Source: Malacoraja senta (lineage: Eukaryota). From it: a stretch of 64,000 nt of DNA. The notes beneath the pieces were generated by a model. That model had not been told where the DNA came from. It saw nothing but the letters and a program-made list of their open reading frames with translations, and did not search any database. The stretch spans positions 930,001 through 994,000 of the forward strand of contig CM075989.1 in the NCBI GenBank assembly GCA_038087875.1. Reading direction: 5' to 3'. The translations under genes and the position numbers were made by a program. Shown piece after piece: positions 12,028 to 26,370 of the stretch (within the stretch, counting starts at the first letter, position 1; each line of letters begins with the position of its first letter).

Positions 12028-13387
12028 TCCAACCAGGACCTGAGGACAATGAATTGGACCTCTGAACCCGGCCGCTGATCCTCTCTTCTCAATGAGGAAA
12101 CCATTCACCACAAAGACCCATGGTGTCATAGACCCAGAGGAAATATGTCAAGGCCCTTTGGCACACTGTGCTCGGGCCCAGCATCCTTTGCCTATCGATG
12201 CTAATTCCCGTCCGTAACCCGGCTATCACGAGTCCATACCTGGGCGTTCCAGATGCTTTCCTGAATTGGTTTTAAACAAGTGAGAGTTGCGCATTCTACC
12301 ACATTGAGATGCTCTCTTCCCAGAGTTTATATAGCCTTGGGGTAAAAAGATGTTAAACTTAAACCAGTTCTTAATCGTCCATCACTTACAATAGCCGTAC
12401 GCATGTTGTTACAAATACTTCCATAGAAGGGGAAATTAATATGCACTTTTTCTCTGCGCCAATTAGTTTTACATAGTTCAAGTAGCTGACTCGCAAACCC
12501 TGTCCACATGAAGGGAAACAAACATGTCCAACAATCGATGTTCACAACACAACTGTTCCATCCCAGGCTAACCTGCTGCTGAATCTCTTCTGCCTCTTTT
12601 CCACAATCCACACATCCTGCCTCTCTACTGACATTCAGGATTACACGCAGGCCTTCTCGTAGATGAACTGAGGCCCACGCCTATTTCAATTTTAGAGGCC
12701 TCCAAATCAAGATCCCTTGAAGCAGACAGGCATGAGGCTCAAGCCAATTGGTACTCGTTGCCCCCCCCCCCCTGACACGGCCTGACTGCACGTAGCTCTC
12801 CTGATAAACACAATCTTTGCACAGTTTTGCTCTTAACTAACTGCTCTTAACTATTCCATGTCCGGCTAAAGGAAGACAAATAGCCTTACTTGATAGAAAT
12901 ATGTGACAGTATGAAAGGCGTCGATAGCGTAGACATTCTGAACCCTTTTCCCAGGGTGGAAATGTTAAAGGGTGGAGGACATGGCTTTAAGGTAAGATGG
13001 AAACAGAATAATGGGGCACACAGTGCCTCGAACGCACTGCCAGGGGGTGGTGATGGACACAGACACGATAGTGGCATTTAAGAGCATTTTAGATAGGCAC
13101 CTGGATGTGTTGGGAATGGAGGAGTCCGCATCATGTGTGGGCAGATGAGGGCAGCTTATTTAGTAATGCGGGTCGATTCCTGTGCTGTACATGTCTATAT
13201 TCTATGTATTAATTTCACGTCAGCCTGTGCGAATGCTTGGAGATGCCCCTGTTCCTCAATAAGAATTTAGCAAATGATTGACTTAGTATTGCACCCCACA
13301 ACCTGAAAATCCACTTATCATAACTAATCTTACTTTTTCATTCATATTCTACAGCTGAGGTCGGACCTCCTCATCATTATATGGCAA

Positions 13388-13597
13388 AGAACTGCAGATG
13401 CTGGTTTACTTCGAAGATAGACACAAAAACGGTAGTGATTCAGTGGCTCAGACAGCATTTCTGGAGAAAAGGAATAGGCGACGTTTCTGGTCGAGACCAC
13501 GTCAATCTGAAGAAGGGTCTCGACCCGAAACGTCACCTATTCCCTTTGTCCGGAAACGCTGCCTGGCCCGCTGGGTTACTCCGGCATTTTGTTTCTA
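13388..13597. mobile_element. Head-to-head pair of Penelope pLTR/hammerhead mini-units
   Basis: Minus-strand unit at about 13388-13499 and plus-strand unit containing CTGAAGAAGGGTCTCGACCCGAAACGTC at 13507-13534. Confidence 0.75.
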
Positions 13598-14699
13598 TCC
13601 TCTTCATCATTACCATATTTCATGTCATCTGCGAATGTTTAAATTCGCCAGATTAATTAGTCAATGCCCTCAATGTGCACAACCTTTAGGAAAAGGTCCA
13701 GTGCTGTTCCCTGGGATGTTTGATATTTGTTACACGTACAGGGCGGGGATCTCCACCACACATTGTCCTGGACAGTCACATCCTGGCACCCAATTAGTTT
13801 CAGATTTAAACTAAAACTTTAGCCTGAATTCCATTGGGCAAATTGTGAAAGGTTTCATTAAAATTCATCAAACAACGTTCTTTCCACAATTGCACACACA
13901 TAACAATCAACTTTGTTACACAAGATCTCCAGTTAAAAGCCATGCAAACCACTGCTGTTCAAACCATCCCTGGTGAACTCCTGCCTCTGCAAGTGCAGAT
14001 TTAGCCATGTCATCGCACTTTTCGCCATTATATAATGCCTTCCTATTGCTTTTAGATTACCAGGTCTGTCATTGCGTTGCTTATAACAGCTGTGTTTTTG
14101 TAATACAGAGCACCTTTGCTTTCCTCTGTTATGATCTCAGAGGTTTTTAAATTTTCCGTCTGGGCCGCCGCAGTAACCTTGCTCCCTCACGAAAGTAAGG
14201 CATGCATACTATCAGATGCCCGGATTTGGCCAGCATGATGAAGCCAAACATAATATTTTTATGCTACATTTTCCAGAATTACACCCTCCCCTCCCCCCTC
14301 GCCCCCTCCCAGCTCTCCCCCCTCCCCCACCCCACGTCCCCGTCTCCTCTCGTCCCTCCCCCCCCCCCCCCCTTGTCCATCGTCCCCCACCACATTTCCG
14401 TCTAATAATACACTTGAAACCGGGGAGATATATTCACTTGCCACGTTCCCCGCTAGCGGGCGCTACACTTACCCGGCCAACTAACATCAAGCCGTCAGCT
14501 CTATTCCTGCCCTTTCTTCATCAAATTAAGAGGTTGCCAGCAACACTAAATATACTCAGTTAGCTCTTGTTGTTTTATTTATCACATTTTGCCATTTATG
14601 AATTAAACAATCAGTACTCGATTTTGTGAGAACTTTAAGGTTCCTTGTATGTTTTGCCTTGGCTTTCTGCCACACAGTGTGTGGAGTGTCCAGCCAGGG

Positions 14700-16760
14700 T
14701 AAGACTTGTATTGGAAATCACCTTGTCCATGTAAATGGTGTTTCAGTAGGAGAACATTTTGGGAACAGTGATACGGACTCCTTAACCTCCCCGATAGCTA
14801 TGGATAAGGATAAGCCCGGACCTCGTGGAAAATGCTAAATGGAGTAGCTGACAGTAGCATTGATAAGAATGAGCGGGGGAGAGTAATTGGGAGCTGTTGT
14901 ATTGGGTGTGTCTACATCTGACATAAGGTATTTTACAGGCAGCCAATCAGAAGATATGACCATCATGTCCTGTGAGGAAGACGAGGAAAGCAAAATTAGG
15001 GATTCATGATGCTACTAATTTCGTAAAGAAGTAAAATGATCAACATGGATTGATTAGGAAGCTCTTATCGGACATTGCCCTTAAGGAATATACAGCAAAC
15101 AGAAGCGAAATTAAACAGGGAATCGTGGTATTAAAGGGGCATGGAATGTCTTTGGCGATGATTAAAGAGAATCCCAAGGCATTTTTTGTATACATCAAAA
15201 ACAATAAGATGCGGGAGAGGGTGGGATGTAGACAAGAAATGGAGCCAGGTTTAGTGGGCGAGATAATAAACATATACACCGATATACACCAAGGCAAATG
15301 ACATGGAGGATTGCAGGGTCAGGGAAGGACAGGCTGATATTTAATCTAGAACTTATTAATTTCAAGAAGGAGGTGCTGGACTGAAGTCCTACAAACTTGA
15401 TTGAGGTTTTTTTGTGAGAGTGATGAACTTATTGTTGAGAATAGGATAGTGCATGTTGTCGACCTGGACTTTGTTAAAGTTTTCGACAAGGTCCCTGGTG
15501 GTGGGCTGATCTGGCAAATTAACACCTCTGTGATCTATGCAAATGTATCCAAAATTGGGTAGGACATTGATGAGAAAGTATAATGTTGAGATGTGTTTTT
15601 CAGACTGACGGTCTGCGACCACAGGTGTGCTGCAACGATCAGTTTTGAGATATGCGTTGCTAGTGATATCAATAAATAATTTGGACCAAAATATAGATGT
15701 GCTCGTTAGTAAGTTTGCAGAGATACAACATTTAAAGAAGTTATGATAGTGAGGAAGTTTGACAAAGTATTGATCAGAATATGGACCGGTTGGTAAATGG
15801 GCAGATAAATGCAGTTTAACCCCCGACAAGTATGAAATGTTTCACTTTGGGATATCAAATGTAATGAGGAGTTGCGTAATAAAGGGCTGTGGATCGTTGA
15901 TGTACAGAGTCATCTGGTGGTGCACATCCAATGCTCCTTGAAAGTTGCAAAACGGTGCTAAAGAAGGATTCCTTGCCCCCGGCGATCGGGGTGCTGAGTA
16001 TAAAAAGCGGGAGGTCACGATGCAGCTGTATACGTCTTTGGTCAGACCACATTTGGCGTTTTGTGCGCAGTTCTGGTCGCTACTGTCCCACGGTACGAGT
16101 TCATTCAAAGAGCTCTCCCGAGTTAAAACAAAAAATCAAACTCGTGGTAAGCACGGAGAATGAACGTAGCGGGTACGTCGGAGCACGGGGACGTCTCTTA
16201 CCGGCTCGTAACGCGAACGGCAGGTACTCGGGAAGACTCGCTAACGGCAGGTAAGCACGTAAAGACTCGTGAAGATTTTTCAACATGTTGAAAAATGTCC
16301 ACGAGAGCCCCGAGTACCGACGAGTGGCCATTACCGCAAATCTCCGAGTTCGAATCAGGGCAAACTCGGGAGAGCTCTTGGAATGAACTCGTACCGTTGG
16401 ACAGGGTTTTTAGTACAGAAAGTGATTGCAGGTCTGTAAATGATACAGAAGAGATTCACCAGAATGTTACCTGATTTAAAGAGTATTATATAGAAGAAAG
16501 TGATCTGACAAAGTTGGCTAGTTTTCTCCGGAACAACGGAGATAGAGTGGCAACCTGATACAAGAATATAAAACTGCGAAATATAGGGTGTGAGGCAGTC
16601 ACAAACATTTTCACAGCATGGCACTGAAAAATAGTACGGTACAGCTTGAAGGTGAATATGGAAAGATTCAAGGTGATTTCTGACGCACGTTTGCATACAC
16701 AGAGAGGGGACTCTCGGGGAAGTGATGGGGCAAGAGAAGACAACACGTCTACTGTCACTT
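14700..16760 (+). mobile_element. Old, highly decayed CR1 LINE
   Basis: Remnants such as IKENPKAFFVYIKNNK, EYKKREVTMQLYTSLVRPHLAFCAQFWS and QKRFTRML. Confidence 0.75.
16083..16406. mobile_element. MITE with about 42-bp TIRs (PIF/Harbinger-like ends) inserted in the old CR1
   Basis: ctgtcccacggtacgagttcattcaaagagctctcccgagtt pairs with aactcgggagagctcttggaatgaactcgtaccgttggacag; internal palindrome tttttcaacatgttgaaaaa. Confidence 0.85.
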
Positions 16761-17227
16761 AACAGGGTGGGAATGGAGGGAAACAGGCCATGTGTGGGCA
16801 GACAAGGTCACTTTGGTTTGGCGTCATAGTTCGTCACCTACATTGTGTACAAACTGCCCGATCCTGCGCTGAGTTGTTCTATACTCTATGCTCCATGTTC
16901 TCCAAAGAAGTCCCCGCTACCTGGTGGCCATGGAAGTGGCGGGTGTTTCGGGCGGTTTACTGCCCAGATGATGAACAAGATTCATGGACTGATGTGTCAC
17001 ACCACTTTTCCCCATATGCCCGTTTATAATATCACCACACAGTCACATTCTGTTCTCTCTGGTTCACAGTCACTGTTATCTTTCGTTGATTTCTGATCAT
17101 GTGATGCCAGAAGCAAACAAAAACATTGCACCGAGGGAACAGCGCTTGCGATTCTGGAGACACTACGCTCAGTTGTTTAAATAACATGTTTTTGTATGTC
17201 AAGCCTTCGGGTGAAAATTCAGCCTTA

Positions 17228-17965
17228 ATTTAAACCTTGGGTAGACACAAATTGCTCGAATAACGCAGCGGGACAGGCAGCATCTCTGGAGAAAGGAATG
17301 GGGGACGTTTTGGGTCGAGACCCTTCTTTAGACTGATGTCAGGGGAGGGGCGGGACAGAGATAGAATGTAGTCGGAGGCAGTAAGACTAGTGGGAGAACT
17401 AGGGAGGGGGTGGGGATGGAGAGAGAGGGCAACCAAGGGCTATTTGAAGTTAGAGAAGTCAATGTTCATACTGCTGGGGTGTAAGCTGCCCAAGAGGCCT
17501 AGGACAGGAAGATCAGATTGTTAATGGGAGGGGGAGTTAACGTGCTGAGCAACCAGGAGATCAGGTAGGTTACGGCGGACTGAGCGGAGGTGTTCAGCGA
17601 AACGATCGCCGAGCCTGTGCTTGGTTTCGCCGATGTACAGCAGTTGATATCTGGAACAGCTGATACAGTAGACGAGGTTGGAGGAGGTGCAAGTGAACTT
17701 CTGCCTCGCCTGGAAAGGCTGTCGTGGTCCTTGGATGGAATCGAGGGGGGGGGGGGTAAAGGGACAGATGTTGTATGTCATGCGGTTGCAAGGGAAAGTA
17801 CCTGGGGAGGGGTTGGTTTGGGTGGGAAGGGACGAGTTGACCAGCGAGTTGCGGAGGGAACAGTCGCTGCAGAAAGCGAAAAGGGGTGGAGATTGGAAGA
17901 TGTGACCAGTAGTGGGATCCCGTTGGAGGTGGCGGAAATGTTGGGGGATTATATGGCGTATGCAA
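17228..17965 (-). mobile_element. Penelope-like element 3' part (GIY-YIG endonuclease and pLTR)
   Basis: FTCTSSNLVYCISCSRYQLLYIGETKHRLGDRFAEHLRSV; degenerate hammerhead unit at about 17303-17331. Confidence 0.9.
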
Positions 17966-17972
17966 TGTCTGA

Positions 17973-18172
17973 CAGAAACATAGAAACATAGAAAATAAGT
18001 GCAGGAGTAGGCCATTCTGATCATCCACAATCAGTACCCGTTCCTGCCTTCTCCACATATCCCTTGATTCCGTGAGCCCTAAGAGCTCTATCTAACTCTC
18101 TTTTGAATGCATTTTGAGGCAGAGAATTCCACAAATTCACAACTTGCTGGGTGAAAAAGTTGTTACTCATCT
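17973..18172 (-). mobile_element. CR1 3' tail, interrupted by the ERV LTR
   Basis: (catagaaa)n tail and CR1 3' UTR like the one at 22561; the sequence stops abruptly at the LTR. Confidence 0.8.
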
Positions 18173-18942
18173 TGTAAATACGCTCTTATAAGCTTCCCCC
18201 CAGTCTAGTTCAGTCAAAAATGCACTCAAGCACTGTAACAACTAATATTTATTTTTAGATTGAACAGCACATTCCCCTATATGATACCTAAACCACAGCA
18301 GGTCTCTGCCTGGCCAAGCCCTTCAGCCTTGTGCAAGTAGACACACTCCAAAAGGTCACGCTGTCCCAAGCGCTCTTCCAGAAGGTCGACAAAGGACCTC
18401 ATGGGGGCTGCCTTTTATAGGTCCCCGAACCTTGAGTGGCCGAACTACATAGGGGCGGTCTCTTTACAATCCAATCAAACATATTAATTACAGCAATATA
18501 TTATTGACAGTTCCCCAAACCAATAACAGAATCTCCCATACATAGTTTCTAGGAGAAGCTTCTGGAAGAAGCTAACATAACTTGAGTAATGCAACAATTA
18601 CCCTGGAATTCAAAACAACCCTGCCAGGGCTTAACACTTTGGCCAATCGACAAACAGCAGGGTAACTGTCTAGCAACATTATTTACAATATTTACAATGC
18701 TTCAGCAGTAGTCTAATCATATCAATCCATTTAAATTTGTTTGCAGAGTTTCTATACATTTTATCAATTATGAGGAAATGAGGAGAGCACCTGGATCCTT
18801 GACCATCCTGCATATCATTCTGAGGCTCAGACTAATCGGCACCATCCAAAGCCTGTAATTTTTCACTGACAAAAGTTAAGCAATTCTGACAAATGCAGGG
18901 ATCCTCCATTTTATGGTGTCTTTAATTTGGTCAATATTAACA
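18173..18942 (-). mobile_element. 3' LTR (770 bp) of an ERV
   Basis: Ends TGTAAATA...TATTAACA; minus-strand TATAAAAG (about 18412-18419) and AATAAA (about 18248-18253); PPT AAAATGGGGGAA at 18943-18954. Confidence 0.85.
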
Positions 18943-21283
18943 TTCCCCCATTTTATCATTTATGATAACCCTCATCATTAATGATAACCCAAAATACAAT
19001 AACGACTGTTTCACTCTAACAAATGTCCTAACAAAAAGATGCTGATGTATTTTCCCAGAATTCCATCAAGCTTCCCGAGTTTTCGAGGGCAGAGCTTCAT
19101 GATTCCCGTCTGATGAGTCTTCATCTCCCGAATTTTCATGGGCGTGAATCCCAACCATCAATCTTGATAGTTCATCTGTGCTTGATCCATAATAGAGCCT
19201 ATAGTTCCTAAGAGAACTTGGGATGAAGTAAGTTAGCGATCCATACTTTCACATGCTTTTATAATGATGGAACCCATGCATTCCTTTCATCCACTGTCAA
19301 CAAAAGGCCTTTCTCTGTATACTATTCCTATTCTGTGATACAATCCTTCCCATACTATGATCAATGTTAACATGTAGTCAGTTATCTCCGCAGTAACGTG
19401 GTTTCCAATGTACTCCTAATGAAGGTTCCTCATATGAATTTCAACGGGGTTCAGTCCAAATTTCCCTACATGCGTGACTCTTATCCAAAACAACAATGGG
19501 GAATGCTTCAATTAAGCCAAATTCAGTCTCAGCCTTTAATTTACTATTTTGAGTTTCAGGGTCTGTCTTACTCATTTCCAATCCACAGCTTATGGTCGAT
19601 AAGCACAATTCAATCCAATTGCTGGGGAATTCCCAGCTATTTAATTTCATCAATTTATTTCCATATGTTGTGGATCATTATTTTGAATCAAGCCAATTAA
19701 GAATGCCGAATCTAGGGACAATTTTCTTTACACCTTGATAATATTAGCCGCTTTATTATCAAAGGTTAGATAAATTTTGATCCACTGGTCACATACATCG
19801 ACTCTGACAACAAGTACCCACTCCCCTGGTACTTCTTCCAACCTAATCAACTCTTTTTCTAGTGTGTTGAACAGACTCACAGGCAATAGGGAGTCTTCCT
19901 TATAACTAGTCTCCTCCTATCAATGAGTAACTTTCTGGATGGTTAGTATCGACCTCTCCGAGGGGAACTCGTCATTTGAAATTTCAGTCCACCTCATCAT
20001 CCTACACCACCACCTTAAGTTTCCAGGGCATTTCCGTCTGTTAAAACCACACCGTAATTTCTGATATCTACTAGGGTCTGTCCTTTTCTTGATAATCGCT
20101 AAACAGTTCCGTCCCATCTCCGATTGTTCTCTTATGGGTGAGACAAGAAAAGATGTCAAGTCAATAATCAATTCTCCAATTATTTATTTTTAAACTATAT
20201 CCCATAAGTCATTTCCAAATATTAAATTTTTAAAGTCGTGAATCCTACCTCACAATTAATCAAAATTTAGGCGCAAAGTAGGTGTCCCCAAACCACAGAG
20301 GAGTTTTCATCCCCAGATTTCCATATTCAGTTAACTCTTTTAAATTGGAGCTTGCCTCAATGGTCTCCAGAGGCCGTCTGTATTTCTTCAAATTTCTGAG
20401 ATGTCGTTCTTCCCCTTTCACTGGTGTCAAATATCATTTTATGTTGGTAAGGTTGGACACTAGGGTAAGTATGTCTTCTTTCTCAAATTTGCAGGAGCAG
20501 GAAGACCACTATGAGGAGCAGTCTTCTTTTCTATTGGCCTTTCCAGGGTTGTGAACGTTAAAGGGACAGGACAGTATCACTTCTTTCTCTCTGTTGGTCT
20601 CTGTCTCTGGGGAGCTAATTGGATGGAAATGATGGTTACACATCCTACCTGAGCTGTGTCTTCTGCCCGTTTTTGAGGGTCCACATATTCTTTTACCTCA
20701 CTCCCCAGATAGTGGCGTGTCATAAGCAGTACTGTCTTGAAGGCACAACAACTCAACAAAAAGTTATTAAACGAGTTTACACTGGCTCCTATTCCTCACT
20801 CCTACACATCCTGCGCAACAGATTCCTTTCTTCCTTTCCCTAGTGCCAATCTGAGTTCCTTTCATCTTTGTCTTTTGACACCAGCTGCTTTGCCTTTTTC
20901 CTTAGTTTCTTTATTGGCCCTTGATTTCTCCTCCACTCTGCTATATTCTGTCTTCTGGACGGGCACTCTTTACTCCAATTACTTAATTCTGTATAGATAT
21001 AACAAGCTCCAAAATTTACAGTGTTCTTTGCTTTCAGGTGCTTCTCCTGGCAGTTATAGAATTGCTTACAATCCCCTATTTTATGATCTTCCATCTTAAT
21101 TATAAAGATACCCCCAATTCCTTCATTTTGGTAAATTACTTGAGTGGTTCCAAGGGTAGGGGACATGTTACTCTGTCCATAACTTCTGGACTGGTAGGTG
21201 TGTCAGGATTGTGAGAACAGGTTTGTTTGCGAAAAAGGTGTTTGTCTTATTGGTTCCTGACATTCTGGCCAGCTCTCTCGGTA

Positions 21284-24200
21284 TTATCTAGGACCCAAGA
21301 AGTCTCCTGTATTAAAAGACCTCTTATAATTTCTTGGATCTTGGATGTTTTTATATCCTCTAGGATCCTGAATATCTCCATGACCCTGGAAGTTCTTTCC
21401 CCGAACCCTTCGTCCCACTCGCTCCCTTGTCGGGCAGGCTCGGCTCCAATGTCCCATTCCCCCACAAGTATAACGTTGAGTGGGTAATGTTGTTGGATTT
21501 ATTTTACCACTTGGTCCCAGTAGAATTGGTTCTAAAATGGGAGTATAATTGTAATAATGACCTGGATATTCTGGGACTCTAATTTTCCCCATTCCATTCT
21601 TGGCTAACATGTGAGGACTCCATGGTCCTGAGTCAGAGTTTGGTCCCTCCCTCTTGACCATATATTCAGTTCTTCTTCCAGTTACAGGATAATCTTCCTG
21701 TTTTTCTACCATCCTTCCAATGGTGCCTCACAGCTCTAGCCATTTGACTAGTGCAATTCTCAGATCAGTCCCTGTTATTAGTATTAATTGAGTCAGCTAC
21801 TGTAGTGGGGAGACAATTCAATACGATAGCACAATATTGAGGGGAACTTACTCCGTTTTGATAATTTAAGCCACCTGCTTGGTCCATGTACAATCTTGAG
21901 AATCGTTCTAAAAATTCATCTGCTCCCTCTCCCTTTTTTGGTTTTATCTCCAGGATTCTTGTTAAATCAATTGGCTTCTGAAGGATGTTTGCAAGGGCCG
22001 TTAAAACAGCCTCTTCTCTTGCACTATCATCCACTATTATGTTTGCCAATGCTTCATGTGCCGGATGTCCCAGGGCTGCTAGAAATTTGGTGTTTTCAGC
22101 TGGAGTAATTATTTGTTGTATCGTCGCCATAGATCTTGGGAGTCTGCATGGTATACACGCATTGTAGTTCTTCAATAATCCACAAAGGCAGCAGGTGACT
22201 TCTTTCTATCAGGGATTTTATTTAACACTGCTATTATTTCGTGGGGCTTCCAGGGAGTATGGACATCTATGGTGCGGGGATTACATACACCTACTGCGCT
22301 GGTCGAATCAAAGGCAAGATTCAGCACTTCCCTGACTGGGAACTGTCTATGGGATATCTGTTCAGTTTGTATACTTCCTGTCACATCAAAATCTATCTCG
22401 GTATCTTCAATTACTGTCTCACCCTCAGATGAACCTTCCTCCTCACTGGGGGGGGGGGGGGGTTTCACGGTACATTCTAAATGATTTGTTCCTTTTTCAT
22501 GCTACTCGTCTAATCCATCTAGGTTGAGGGTCGCAAAAATCTTCCGGTGGTTGCACTATATAGAAACATAGAAACATAGAAAATAGGTGCAGGAGTAGGC
22601 CATTCGGCCATTCAATATGATCTTTGCTGATCATCCAAGTCAGTATCCTGTACCTGCCCTCTCCATATATGATCCCATTAGCCACAAGGGCCACATCTAA
22701 CGCACTCTTACATATAGCCAATGAACTGGCCTCAACTACCTTCTGTGGCAGAGAATTCCAGAGATTCACCACTCTCTGTGTGAAAAATGTTTTTCTCATC
22801 TCGGTCCTAAAAGATTTCCCCCTTATCCTTAAACTGTGACCCCTTGTCCTGGACTTCCCCAGCATCGGGAACAATCTTCCTGCATCGAGCCTGTCCAACC
22901 CCTTAAGAATGTTGTAAGTTTCTTTAAGATCCCCCCCTAAATTCTAGCGAGTACAAGCCGAGTCTATCCAGTCTTTCTTCATATGAAAGTCCTGACATCC
23001 CAGGAATCAGTCTAGTGAACCTTCTCTGTACTCCCTCTATGGCAAGAATGTCTTTCCTCAGATTTGGAGACAAAAACTGTACGCAATATTCCAGGTGTGG
23101 TCTCACCAAGACTCTGTACAACTGCTGTAGAACCTCCCTGCTCCTATACTCAAATCCTTTTGCTATGTATGCTAACATACCATTCGCTTTCTTCACTGCC
23201 TGCTGCACCTGCATGCCTACTTTCAATGACTGGTGTACCATGATACCCAGGTCTCGTTGCATCTCCCCTTTTCCTAACCGGCCACCATTCAGATAATAGT
23301 CTACTTTCCTGTTTTTGCCACCAAAGTGGATAACCTCACATTTATCCACATTATACTGCATCAGCCATGCATTTGCCCACTCACCCAGCCTATCCAAGTC
23401 ACCTTGCAGCCTCCTAGCATCCTCCTCACAGCTAACACTGCCCCCCAGCTTCGTGTCATCCGCAAACTTGGAGATGTTGCATTCAATTGCCTCGTCCAAA
23501 TCATTAATATATATTGTAAATAGCTGGGGTCCCAGCACTGAGCCTTGCGGTACCCCACTGTTTAATGCCTGCCATTCTGAAAAGGACCCGTTTACTCCTC
23601 CTCTTTGCTTCCTGTTTGCCAGCCAGTTCTCTATCCACATAAATACTGAACCCCCAATACCATGTGCTTTAAGTTTGTATACTAATCTCCTATGTGGGAC
23701 CTTGTCGAATGCCTTCTGAAAGTCCAGATATAAAACATCCACTGGTTCTCCCTTATCCACTCTACTAGTTACATCCTCGAAAAATTCTATAAGATTCGTC
23801 AGACATGATTTACCTTTCGTAAATCCATGCTGACTTTGTCCAATGATTTCACCACTTTCCAATTGTGCTGCTATCCCATCTTTAATAACTGACTCTAGCA
23901 GTTTCCCCACTACCGATGTTAGACTAACTGGTCTGTAATTCCCCATTTTCTCTCTCCCTCCCTTTCTAAAAAGTGGGGTTACATTAGCTACCCTCCAATC
24001 CTCAGGAACTACTCCAGAATCTAAAGAGTTTTGAAAATTATCACTAATGCATCCACTATTTCTGGAGCTACTTCCTTAAGTACTCTGGGATGCAGCCTAT
24101 CTGGCCCTGGGGATTTATCGGCCTTTAATCCATTCAATTTACCTAACACCACTTCCTGGCTAACCTGGATTTCACTCAGTTCCTCCATCTCATTTGACCC

Positions 24201-26360
24201 GCGGTCCCCTGCTATTTCCGGCAGATTATTTATGTCTTCCTAAGTGAAGACAGAACCAAAGTAGTTATTCAATTGATCCGCCATATCCTTGGTCCTCATG
24301 ATCAATTCACCTGTTTCTGACTGCAAGGGACCTACATTTGTTTTAACTAATCTTCTTCTTTTCACATATCTATAAAAACCTTTGCAGTCAGTTTTTATGT
24401 TCCCTGCCAGTTTTCTTTCGTAATCTATTTTCCCTTTCCTAATTAAGCCCTTTGTCCTCCTCTGCTTGTCTCTGAATTTCTCCCAGTCCTCTGGTACGCT
24501 GCTTTTTCTGGCTAATTTGTATGCTTCATCTTTTGTTTTGATACTATCGCTGATTTCCCTTGTTATCCACATATGCACTACCTTCCCTGATTTATTCTTT
24601 TGCCAAACTGGGATGAACAATTGTTGTAGTTCATCCAGCCGTCTTAAATGTCTTCCATTGCATATCCACCGTCAACCATTTAAGAATCAAATGCCAGTCT
24701 ATCTTAGCCAATTCACGTCTCATTCCCTCAAAATTACCTTTCTTTAAGTTCAGGACCCTTGTTTCTGAATTAACAATGTCACTCTGCATCCTAATGAAGA
24801 ACTCAACCATATTATGGTCACTCTTGCCCAAGGGGCCACGCACAACAAGACTGCTAACTAACCCTTCCTCATTACTCAATACCCAGTCTAGAATAGCCTG
24901 CTCTCTCATTGGTTCCTCTACATGTTGGTTTAGAAAACTATCCCGCATATATTCCAAGAAATCCTCTTCCTCAGCACCCCTGCCAATTTGATTCACCCAA
25001 TTTATATGTAGATTGAAGTCACCCATTATAACTGTTTTATCTTTGTTGCATGCATTTCTAATTTCCTGTTTGATGCCATCCCCAAATCCACTACTACTGT
25101 TAGGTGGCCTGTACACAACTCCCACTAGCGTTTTCTGCCCCTTAGTGTTTCGCAGCTCTACCCATATCGATTCCACATCCTCCAAGCTAATGTCCTTCCT
25201 TTCTATTGCGTTAAACTCCTCTCTAACCAGCAACGCTACCCCACCTCCTTTTCCTTTCTGTCTATCCCTCCTGAATATTGAATATCCCTGGATGTTCAGC
25301 TCCCAGCCTTGGTCACCCTGGAGCCATGTCTCCGTGATCCCAACTATATCATAATCATTAATTGCTATCTGCACATTCAACATCCACCTTATTACGAATG
25401 CTCCTTGCATTGAGACACAAAGCCTTCAGGCTTGTTTTTACAACGCTCTTACCCCTTATACAATTATGTTGAAAAGTGGCCCTTTTTGATTTTTGCCCTG
25501 GATTTGTCTGCCTGCCACTTTTACTTTTCACCTTGCGACCTATTGCTTCTACCCTCATTTTACACCCCTCTGTTTCTCTGCTCACACATTTAAGAAACCC
25601 ACCACCTCTTATTCTCTGTTTATTATCTTTTTCTTCTTTCCTCCCTACATGTTGGGTCTGAGTGCTTCCCTTCTCTGCCTCCTGCCTCACACACTGTCTA
25701 CTAGCTTTCTCTATTTGAGTCCCTCCACCCCAACCATTCTAGTTTAAAGTCTCCCCAGTAGCCTTTGCAAATCTCCCCGCCAGGATATTGGTCCCCCTCG
25801 GGTTCAAGTGCAACCCGTCCTTTTTGTACAGGTCGCACCTTCCCCAAAAGAGGTCCCAATGATCCAGAAACTTGAATCCCTGCCCTCTGCACCAGTCCTT
25901 CAGCCACACATTTATCCTCCACCTCGCTCCATTCCTACTCTCACTGTCGCGTGCCACAGGCAGTAATCCTGAGATTGTTACCTTTGCGGTCCTTCTCCTT
26001 AACTCTCCTCCTAACTCCCTAAATTCTCCTTTCAGGACCTCTTCTCTTTTTCTACCTATGTCATTGGTACCTATATGTACCACGTATCATACCCATCTTT
26101 TCTTTAAATACCGGGGCTAACCTCTCCTTCTACTCCTGGTACCGTGAGCAACTGGACGATCAATTACTGGTGGAGTGGATAGAGTCAAAGAATCTGGTGC
26201 CCAAGTGGCTGCTGTTCGTAGAGCATGCTCTAAGATTGAATCTGCAGAGGGTGTTATAGGTTCTGCAGGCTCTGGATATTTATTATGGACACAAGTCATA
26301 CAAGGTGTAAGCGAATCCTGGGGAACTCAAGAGGAACATGGTGGGAGCTGCAAATTTCTA
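21284..26360 (-). pseudogene. gag: Gamma/epsilon-type ERV gag, decayed and split by the CR1 at 22561-26083
   Basis: QFPVREV capsid start, HTPWKPHEIIAVLNKIPDRKKSP, MHR-like IKPKKGEGADEFLERFSRLY, and degenerate knuckle RYTCGGMGHWSRACP. Confidence 0.75.
22561..26083 (-). mobile_element. CR1 LINE: 3' part of ORF1 (SGNH/GDSL esterase) and ORF2 (APE-RT) with a few frameshifts/stops
   Basis: HIGTND..DGLHLN esterase; ITETW, GDFN and SDHN in APE; DFQKAFDKVPH, GVPQGSVLGP and FADD in RT; (catagaaa)n tail. Confidence 0.95.
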
Positions 26361-26370
26361 TCCTAAACAC

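Noticed and set aside
25739..26083. Host or bacterial GDSL lipase gene (also 44241-44468)
   Set aside because: It is the esterase domain of CR1 ORF1, immediately upstream of ORF2.
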